From Fimbriosthenelais zetlandica (Eukaryota), in contig CDRPQX010000016.1 of assembly GCA_977030845.1 (NCBI GenBank), forward strand, positions 248,001 through 312,000: DNA of 64,000 bases, written 5' to 3'. The notes beneath the pieces were generated by a model. That model did not search any database. It was not told where the DNA came from and saw only the letters and a program-made list of their open reading frames with translations. The position numbers and the translations under genes are program-made. How positions within the stretch are numbered: the first letter of the stretch is position 1; every line of letters starts with the position of its first letter. Below are positions 12,201 through 21,718 of this stretch, piece by piece.

Positions 12201-14823
12201 TCTAGTGATCAGGTAAATCATTCTGAGAGTGAGTCCTTGACCAGGTGAAGGTGGACCTGTCAGGTAAACTGGACTTCTCGGACTTCCTGGGACTGTGGAA
12301 CGACCTCCACATGTGTAAGGTACGTAAACTTTAATAACTCCCTCCCCAAACTTGTATGACTGAATGTTCATGGTTCGCACCCAGTGGCAGAGTTGTTATC
12401 TTATATTTTATATTTTATATTATTACAGAAAATCTTCAAGAAGATGGACACGGACGGTAACGGTTACTTCAGTAGTTACGAGTTCAGGCTCGTGCTCAAC
12501 ACCATCGGTGAGTTTATACGTCAATAGTTTACTACAGGTTTATATGAGAATTATTACAAGCTCTAAACGACACAGGTCTTTATAGGTCACAAACTGGCGA
12601 ATAAATCCATCACAATTATATGTAACAATAACATTATAATTCATCTAGTAATACAACCATTATTTATTAAATATTAAATCAATTCACTTGCCAAATCCCA
12701 GTGTTTAAGCAAAGATAAAGGCTTTAAACTGACAAAAAATATAAACTAAACTATCTAAATGTAAATCATAATATTGGTCAGTATCTTGACAGTAGGACTG
12801 AATTGTCTCCCTCTCCCTTGTTCTCTTATTTAAGTTAGTTTTAAATTGTTGTGACATGAATGCATGTTATAGAGTTAGATTGTTCAATGTATGCTTAAAT
12901 GTTGTTGTCAAAAATATATTTGATATTCCTAGCTAGAAATCTGTGTCAAAAGAAGTTAGTTGAAAAAACAAGTGGACGGAATTCCTCCCGTTATAATACT
13001 ATTCATGGAAATCCACTGACCCGCCTAGTTTATAGAGCACCTCATTATAATAGTTATAGTTACTCATTTGCATAATTTATTATTATTTTTTTCCTCACAG
13101 CGACTCATGTACCTGAGATTAAAGGTACCCTGTCTTCCTCTACTCCTTCTCTTCCTCCTTTCTCTCCCTCCTCTTCCTCTCTTCCCTCTCTTCTCCACCT
13201 TTTAACCCCTCATTTCACCTATTATCGCTCACTGCCTGCTCTCCTCCATCTTTGGCTCTCACTGTTTTTTTCTTTACTTTAACCTTCACCCTGACCGACT
13301 CTCACTGAAGTCAAGACGAATATTAGACTAAGATGTGTTTTAAATCTTCTTAAACTTAAACATGAGTGTTATATGAGCTGAACATTTTAACATTAAGATG
13401 AGTTTTTGAGTAGTTTTAATGCTGGCGTTGCTTTAGGAGTGTAATTACATTATCTAATGCCGTTAGTTTGGTCTAGCAGTGAGTTTTAATTCCCCTCTAG
13501 CTGCTAGTTCGTTTTAGCAGTGAGTTGTTCTTCCTCTCTGGCTGCTGGGGTCATGTATTTAAACCTCACTTTATTCAGCCTGCCTATATTTTGCTTGCTA
13601 ATTTATATTTTATATTAATTTTTAACCAGAACTATTTTACTTGGTCGTTCTGGTGGGGAGCGCCCTCTATTCCTATACCACACGTCTGTAATGATACATA
13701 TAGACTATATATAACCACCTGTATATGCTATATGCTATCATTACCCTTTATTTATTATTTTATTTATTTACGTATCCTTTATTGACCTTGTACTGGACGT
13801 ACATAAGGTGTTGGATTGCTGGTATAACCAGTGGACAGTTTATCCCCCCCCCCTGCCAAATCCCTGTATATTTAATTTATTTATCTTTAATTATATTTAT
13901 TTATCATAATTTATTGATTACTTCTAAACTAAATGCCTGTCCCCAAGGCGTTTGATATGACATTAGGCCTATTTGGCCAGACGAGTGTGCGTGTTGAAGT
14001 GTGTAATCTAACTTGAGTGGTTTATGTCTTTAATGTTTTTACTTGCTCCCTTTACTTCTAGTTTTACTTCTTGTTATAGTTGGACTATATGTTAATGTTA
14101 AACACCAGCCGTGTATGACTGGTGTATGTAGTAATAGAACCTCCCTCTATACGTGTAGACGGCATGTTATACATCTATGTTATTGACTGACGTTATCATA
14201 ACGTTATGACACGTTATAGCACGAGTCACAGACAGTCTGACGTTATAGTTCACACCAGTAGTACCCCACCTCTCATCTCTCTACCTGTAATTCATGGTCA
14301 GAGCCCCGGCCTCCCCTCTCAGGCCTATTGATTTATTATAATATAATATTTTAATATTTTATTTTATTTTCCAGGTTTGAGAGTCAGTAACTCCACGTTT
14401 AACGCCGTGGTTTTACGGTACAGTGACAAGGAGGGTCACGTGGCCTTCGATGACTTCGTGGCCTGCGTCATCAAATTAAAATCATTATTCTGTGAGTACA
14501 ATATATATTATACTGAGGCGCATTTATATATTATAATGAGGCGCATTTGGTGCTATTCTAGTGTCATCATGTATTAATATTCTATGTATTTTTAATGTTT
14601 TAGCGTCGTTCAAAGAGAAGGATGAGGAGGGAGCGGGGGAGGCGGGCTTTGGTATGGACGAGGTGAGGTTAACTTACATCATTTAAACTGAAGATAAGGG
14701 ACAACGTACTGACAACTAACTGACAAATTACTGACAAATTACTGACTTTAAGCAACCATTTTCATCATTTACAATCTTGTCATTTGTTTTTTACAGTTCA
14801 TTCAGCTGACCATGTATTCATAA
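6224..14823 (+). CDS. Classical calpain large subunit (CysPc + C2-like + penta-EF-hand), about 730 aa, 19 exons
   Basis: Exons 6224-6345, 6898-7069, 7237-7306, 7470-7571, 7839-7989, 8106-8274, 8535-8615, 8862-8962, 9080-9345, 9506-9666, 9790-9995, 10306-10342, 11516-11660, 11870-11928, 12251-12319, 12429-12507, 14375-14491, 14604-14662, 14797-14823 join in frame (2193 nt). Catalytic motifs [18 protein letters not shown] and RNPWG; also [14 protein letters not shown]2[21 protein letters not shown], and EF loops [12 protein letters not shown] and [12 protein letters not shown]. Exact orthologue (CAPN9/CalpB-like) not assignable by eye. Confidence 0.93.
6367..6815. repeat. 31-bp intronic minisatellite (about 13 copies, with short interruptions) in calpain intron 1
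   Basis: Unit ttatcctgcttcacaatgagttatacaatca, starting just after the donor at 6346. Confidence 0.9.
8322..8520. repeat. Short-unit intronic minisatellite upstream of the calpain His-exon acceptor
   Basis: Repeated ttgactgattctcctcctgttta running up to the acceptor at 8534. Confidence 0.85.
9985..10230 (+). repeat. About 48-bp tandem repeat containing the calpain exon end and donor (6 donors)
   Basis: acaac|gtgagt at 9996 (functional), 10031, 10080, 10128, 10176 and 10224. Confidence 0.85.
10822..10836 (+). other. Candidate 15-nt frame-preserving microexon (NRENQ) in the calpain C2L-PEF linker
   Basis: tctattttcag|AACCGTGAGAACCAG|gtaaac; the flanking exons end (10342) and start (11516) in phase 0. 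Confidence 0.45.
11929..12250 (+). other. U12-type (minor spliceosome) GT-AG intron in the calpain PEF region
   Basis: 5'ss GTATCCTTAAC at 11929; branch site TCCTTGAC at 12234-12241, about 10 nt from the AG; no polypyrimidine tract; splicing yields the EF loop MKD|VDLSGKL. Confidence 0.9.
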
Positions 14824-16713
14824 AGCGACCATCAATCCCACAATGCCCTCTCCCGGTAATGACGTCACTACCCATGGACCAATGACCAGCCCCCGTCCAT
14901 CACCCGCAGCCAGATACAAGCTTGATCGTGATTGGTCAATTACTGAGAGGAAGAGAGGGTGGAAGAGGAACCTATCCTAAACTATAATGACTGATAATTA
15001 TTATCCCAGTTATCCTGCAGTCTGTACATAGAAGGAATGACGTTATATGTGAATTAGTGGATCATGAGAGACGCAGAGTATAGTGGTAACCAAGGTGGTA
15101 ACCAAGGAGACACCCTGTAACTAGGCTACGTGTTACTGTGTCTTCATGTCATACTAGGGCCCCGTTAGCCCTCATTATTTTTATACAGTTTATCTCCTGT
15201 TTTCTAGCGTCCATTTTGTTCAGAAGAATTTAAAGATATTATTGTTAGCAGCCAAAGACAACTAACCGTATCTTTATATGAGAGGTGGTTTACATGGCGC
15301 TCACTAGGTGGCTGGTTGTCATGACAACATGTGTTAATGTTTCTCTATGTGATCTGTATATAGCTTGCCACGTTTTGTAATCTTTAATTTACAGTTTAAT
15401 TAGAACAATAGAGGTTTATATGATTAGTCTGTTTTTGTGACCATGTTTTCTGCTATTCCCCACTGGCTACATAACACGACTTTACGGTAGCTACATTACA
15501 TGACTTTACGGTAGCTACATAACACGACTTTAATCTCAAGGACAAACGACAAGTTTCCATGACTACCGCGATGTTATTATACTGTCTGGGTATTCTAGCC
15601 TTATATTCTCTCATTTACATCCTGTCATTATCTTCTGTCGTTAAATTCTAACGTTACATTCTGTCGTTACATTCTATCGTCATATTCTCGTTTTCTCGGG
15701 TCTTGATGTGACCCATCGTTCAGACCATGGCTACATCCCACAAAGTCTTTCATAATCCAGAGCTTCCCAGTAAGATGACAGGAGGATTATAACAATACAG
15801 GAGGATTATACCAATAAGGAGGATTATCACATGTTAATCCTGCCCGTCTATATGTGCCTTATGTCAACTTTATAATCTACAATCTTGACATTAACATTAA
15901 ATACGTTTATAACAAATACATCTCCTTGTGTTTTAATGTTCTTCGCGTACTGATATAGCCTATAATTCAATCCCCGTTATGACTTTATGTCATAAGTACA
16001 GGTATAGGTGGAACCCAGGACCTTCCTCCAGCATTACCCTAACATGTCATACCTGATTAGCCGTCACTGTCAATAGAGATGAGTCATATTGACAGTGACA
16101 TATCATGTTATCAATAATCAATCATCATAATCAATAATAAACAAGATAAGATCAGAGTTTAATCTATAACTAACTCTCTCATGTCTAATCAGCCCCCTTC
16201 ACCCACCCACGTCTAGTATTGATATTGTGATATCACGGCACCAGATCAAACGTCTACAAACATCCTCACCGCTCTCTCTCCACAACTTATCTCACTCTCC
16301 ACCAACACAGGTCATTATTTTTATAACAACTTTAACTTATAGAACTATACATCAGTCTACAGGGATCCTTGGTAATTCTCAGCTCTAGGATCATATATTC
16401 TCAGCTCTAGGATCACATTCGCAACTCTCTGCTGAGGACAGTTGTGTTCCATGACATCAGGAAGATATCAGGATTAAGATTTATAAGTTTAACCACTATA
16501 TATGTTGTGAAGGTGGACGTTATAAAGATCATCAGGACTTGTAAGGCCCGCTGCGAGCAGGAATAAACATCTGTACGCCCCCTGTGAGGAGGAGAACACA
16601 CCTGTAAGGCCCTCTATGAGCAGGAGAACTAATTAAATCTGTGTAGTTCTTGATAACGCCACATGATGTCTTTGTGGTGCTCACGGCTGTGTGCTTACTT
16701 CCCCTGCTGTCCC

Positions 16714-18582
16714 ATGACGACCAGCAGGAACAAGGTAAATAATAATAATACCCTAGGTCATTACTGAATGAACAAGGTAAATAATATCCAAAGTCATTAC
16801 TGAATGAACTGTTGAACAAGGTAAATACTACACAAGGTCATTAGTGAATGAACAAGGTAAATAGCCAAGGTCATTACTGGTGACCAGCAGGAACAAGGTA
16901 AAGCCATTGTAGCTCTAACATGACTTAGTGAGCACATTGCTCTGGTATTTGTAAATGATGTGTAATAATGCATCATTGCAGCCACAGACAGAGGACGTGG
17001 CTCTAGATACTCGCACCTCCTCCACTGACGTCATCACCGGACCCCCGGGGTCTCCTGTAGTTCCCCCGGCCACCACCAGGCGATCACAGAGCGCCCTCTC
17101 ACAGCTCTATGGTAAATTCACATCACGTGACCAACCTGAGCTGGACCAGAAGCAGCTCCATGACCTGCTCAACGGTTACTTCATCACTGGTATGCCAGGG
17201 TTAATATAAACTCATATTATAATGTAGGCCAGGGTTAATATAAACTCATATTATAATGTATGCCAGAAGCGAGAAACTGCCAAATGAAGGCCTGATCAAG
17301 AATGGGGGTTTGGACCTGAAATCTGTATTAAGAACCTGCCCAGTATTTATGGTACCCTGAACAATGTTGTCTCATGGTTTTATGTTTTGTTGCAGGTTTT
17401 CATTTTGAAGGATTCTCTCACGATATGTGTCGTAGTATGATCGCCATGAGGGACGTATCCTTTATACGACAGTTAATAAAAACAAGTTAAACTTAAAGCC
17501 AGCCAGCTCCTCATGTATCCTTTATACGACAGTTAATAAAACAAGTTATTAAAGCTGAATGTAAACTCCTCAAGGCCACGGGTGTTAGTAATCAGGGTAT
17601 GGGGGGATGGTAACTGTATCATATAATCATGTTGTTATACCTTGACCACTGTCCAGGCTGACCAGTCTGGTAAGATGGGATACACAGAGTTCCTACACGT
17701 GTGGCAGGACCTGGAGACTTGGCGGGTGAGTGTGGGAGACTTGGCGGGTGAGTGTGGGGGGTGGGTGAGTGTGGGAGACTTGGCGGGTGAGTGTGGGTGG
17801 TGGGTGAGTATGGGTGACTTGGCGGGTGAACATGGTGGGCGGGTGTGGGTATTTCTGAATTAACTCATCTTGTGATAAGGTAATATAAAACCTCAATGTT
17901 TCAGGAGGCGTTCAGGGTAAGAGATGTAAATAATGAAGGTCACATTGACAAGTCACAACTAGAGGGCATCCTCCACTCACTCGGTGAGTCCTCTATGTAC
18001 ATTACTGCTGTCTTACCATAGATTAACCCTTGTCTCCTTCTAGCCTTCATAATATGATACTGTCTGCTATTGCCCTGATTAAACTATAAACCCCGTCATG
18101 TCTGTTACAGATCTTGCTGTCAGTGAGAGGACTGTCACAGCTGTCAGTGTCAGGTACAGTGACAGACGTGGCCATGTTAACTTTAGTGACTTTGTGTCTG
18201 CCGCTCTCAAACTCCAGCTCATGAGAGGTGAGTGATAACTGGGGACATTCAGTGATTGTATATTAGTCTGCTCGATCTATGATCACATTAAATGTCAAAC
18301 ATCTTATTATTATTCATCAGAGACGTGGAGGTGTGCGGCGGGTCCGGGAGAGGAGACGGTGAGATTCAAGGTGGATGAGGTAAGTCATCAGGCAGATTAA
18401 CATCGCCTCTATACCGCTACAACCCAATGTTATGGGAGGGAGTTTAGGATATAAGACCCACTTACAAGCCCTGACACCTATATATCTACATGATCAGTGT
18501 TAAATGTCTGTCATATCTACATGATCAGTGTTAAATGTCTGTCATATCATTTCAGTTCATTCAGCTGGCGCTATATGCCTGA
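16714..18582 (+). CDS. PEF-only calpain paralogue (small-subunit/sorcin-like penta-EF-hand protein), about 212 aa, 8 exons
   Basis: Exons 16714-16734 (MTTSRNK, less certain), 16982-17189, 17396-17454, 17657-17725, 17905-17983, 18111-18227, 18321-18379, 18556-18582. The last six exons match the calpain's last six in length and phase (59/69/79/117/59/27 nt); about 40% aa identity by hand alignment (GFSHDMCRSMIAMRD, RYSDRRGHVNFSDFV, DEFIQLALYA*). No protease exons found between 14823 and 16982. Confidence 0.85.
17455..17656 (+). other. U12-type GT-AG intron in the PEF-only gene, homologous to calpain intron 11929-12250
   Basis: 5'ss GTATCCTTTA at 17455; branch site ACCTTGAC at 17639-17646 ahead of the ccag acceptor ending 17656; same codon position (MRD|ADQSGK). 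Confidence 0.9.
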
Positions 18583-19599
18583 TCAGCGAGTACAGCATGA
18601 AGGCTGGTGTGTGAGGATGAGTACAGCATGAAGGCTGGTGTGAGAGGATGAGTACAGCATGAAGGCTGGTGTGAGAGGATGAGATGGGGCGAGGGTTGAT
18701 GGACTGCTTCTATATGACAGATCATTATTATTGTCTCCGATTTGAATTCATTAAACATTGTTAACTAAAAATATCAATCCTTACAAATAATACGGGAAAC
18801 ATACCCTGTGTATAGTCAACTCATGTCATGTAATAAATGTGGAGTGTAAGATATACATGTAAACTTCATGTCGTTTATCATGTGACTTGTACTTGTTTTT
18901 ATTGACTTCTCACAGTCAGCAGATCTTACTGAGATAAGCTCATGTCGCCTTATACCAGGCAAGGCTTGACATTATTATTAACACTATCTGCTGATTGAAC
19001 TTATTAACATCTGGTTCAACAATAGCACTGCTTAATAGGCCAAAAACAGGCCAAAACCAGGCCAGCACCAGGCCAGAACCAGGCCAGAACCAGGCCAGCA
19101 GTGTTACAAGTATTAGAGTCATTAAGCTGAGATGTGTTTACGTCAGCTTCTTGTAGTGACTGTCACACACTTGATGTTAAGAGGGAGGTACACGAGTCAA
19201 CCAGACCTGTATGAGTGGCTCAGACCCGCCTGAGTGGCTCAGGACTAGGATCACTTCATCAAGACTTGTTACAAGAGCTTCTGGGAAAAAACTGTTATTA
19301 TTGACTTCCTCAATGCAAGACATGGTCCAGGAGGGAACAGTTTAACACCAGGCGCCTTATATATCACAATACATATACCACCAGATATACCAGCAAATAT
19401 ACCAGTATATACCAGCAAATATACAAGCAGATATACTAGTATATACCAGCAAGTATAGCAGTATACTGCAATTTACAGTGAACAGTCATACCACTCAAGC
19501 TATATACAAAGTACAGAATCCAAAGGCTTAGATTATATACCAACATATTCAGCAAGAACTTGTTAACAGATCTGCTCAGTACCTGAGACCCAGTGCATA

Positions 19600-20820
19600 A
19601 TGAGTGACATGTCTGACTTCAGTAACAGTACTGGTAACTTCGCCACGTCTGAGATCATCCGTACCTCAGTCTCGTGTTTGGGGGTGGTGGGTAACATCCT
19701 CTCATTCCTCATCTTTAGTCGGTCTACGTTCAGTAGCTGTGGTTACTCTGTGACGTTACGTGTACTAGCGTTAATGGATATAGGAGTATTAGTGGTGTAT
19801 AACACTATAGCCATCCACCACACCGCCACTAACCCTGTCCCCATCACAGTACAGGACGGCCAGCTCAACCTGGTGGGCTGCTGGATCACTATGGGCTTCG
19901 CGGTGTCATCAGCCTGGATGATTGTGACAGTGAGTGTTGACAGACTAACAGCGGTACTGTCACCGTTCTACGTTAAGATCATCTTCACCAGGAAGCATAA
20001 CCTGCTGGCGGCCGTCACTGTCATCATCATCGCCTTCACCATCAGCTCACCTACAGCCTTCATACCACCAGAACAAGGCGACGCGTACGCCTACCCGCAG
20101 GTGTTCGCGTTCAGTTACTTCTTCATACCGTCAGTGTTGATCAGTGCGTGTAACGTGGGGCTAGCCGTAACGTTAGTCCGCCGTAGACAGCTGGGTCATC
20201 AACGTATAGAGAATAAAGGCATCCACGTTATGTTAGCCGTTAACAGTACTGGGTTCATCATCCTCACCCTGCCTTACCCCGTGTACGAGACGCTATCCAC
20301 AGGTACGTGTATCGACCTCACCACACGTAGCTGGCTGCTCATCATACTGGGGCTGAATCACATGTTAAACTTCCTACTATACGGGATCAGTGGTCAGCAG
20401 TTTAGACACGAGCTCAGACTCATGATGTGTGGACGCTGTGACACGGCCAGCGGTCAGTCTGTGACGTCATCAACGTCACTCAGCCGTCAGAAGGTGGTCA
20501 GTGTCACGTCCAGTATCTCCAGTACTACCATCATGGGTGGTATCTATGACAACCCCAGTATCCATGACAACTCGGGTATCAGTGACAAGACAGGGATGGA
20601 CAACCCAGGGCTGGAAGATGGCAACCCAGGAACCAATGACAACCCGGTTATCAAAGACAAGCGGAGAATGGACATGGAGGGCGGTATCCATGACAACCCA
20701 GGACTGGATGTGAAGGGCAGCATGAAGGGTGGGGTGGATGTGAAGGGCAGTATGAAGGGCAGCATGTATGACAACCCGGGTTTAGACCTGACAGATGAGG
20801 ACATTAACATCAGGTTCTAA
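19600..20820 (+). CDS. Intronless rhodopsin-class (class A) GPCR, peptide-receptor/Srw-like, 406 aa
   Basis: Seven hydrophobic segments; TM1 GN, TM2 LALMD, TM3 SAW..V.VSVDRL, TM5 FIP, TM7 NFLLY followed by helix 8 FR; N-terminal NST sequon. Confidence 0.9.
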   Translation: MSDMSDFSNSTGNFATSEIIRTSVSCLGVVGNILSFLIFSRSTFSSCGYSVTLRVLALMDIGVLVVYNTIAIHHTATNPVPITVQDGQLNLVGCWITMGFAVSSAWMIVTVSVDRLTAVLSPFYVKIIFTRKHNLLAAVTVIIIAFTISSPTAFIPPEQGDAYAYPQVFAFSYFFIPSVLISACNVGLAVTLVRRRQLGHQRIENKGIHVMLAVNSTGFIILTLPYPVYETLSTGTCIDLTTRSWLLIILGLNHMLNFLLYGISGQQFRHELRLMMCGRCDTASGQSVTSSTSLSRQKVVSVTSSISSTTIMGGIYDNPSIHDNSGISDKTGMDNPGLEDGNPGTNDNPVIKDKRRMDMEGGIHDNPGLDVKGSMKGGVDVKGSMKGSMYDNPGLDLTDEDINIRF

Positions 20821-21718
20821 AATCCTCAATGGAACTCCCAAAGATATATATTCATAAACTTGTATCTAACATTCCATAATCTATCACAGAACCCTGAATA
20901 CCAACCCTGAAACCCTAGCATGGATCCGCCGACTAATAATCTTAATTTTTGTGTTTAGATTGCTCTATTGTCCATGTAATGAAGGGAGGAGGTTGATTAG
21001 TCTGGAGCTTGATTAATCAGATAAAGACTCCCTGATTAGAAACGTTATCAGGACCAGCTCACTCTACCACAATCTGAGACGATCTGTGTGTATTAATAAA
21101 TAACAATATAATCTAATAGAGCTGAGCCTGGGCGTCTACCTGGATGAGTTATGATACTAGAGGAGTTAGAGAGGCCAGGGATGTTGACAGACAGGCTGAC
21201 CTTTACCTGTCGTCATGACGTCACTACGCGTTGTCAGGGGGTTGCTAGGAGAGCGTGAAGGAAGTGCTTACACGTGATGATAATAAGTCTCACCTTATCA
21301 CCTTATTACCTTAACCTGCCTTATTACAGTAAGGTATGAAAGCATCTCATGCTAGCTTCAGCCTACATGACCAGCGTCAGCCTATACAAGGCCTACCTCA
21401 CATACCCTCTACTTCTGACAATTATACATGGACAAGGACATCTTACACGCCCTCAATAATTGCTGGCTGGCCTTGCTGACTGTTTGACCATATAGTTTAT
21501 CTACACTCTACCCTACACATCCTCAACATCTACTTGACCATTTAACCAGCACTGATGGACTATACACAGCCTCAGTAACTGACCATCAGTAGGACTATGC
21601 CTCATCTTAGCCTCACTCATACCTGACCTGGACTGGAGTGATCTATTCTATATACAGCCTGAGGACCTGTCATTTAACAGTTTACACCATGGTGATACTA
21701 CTGGGTGATATACGCACC

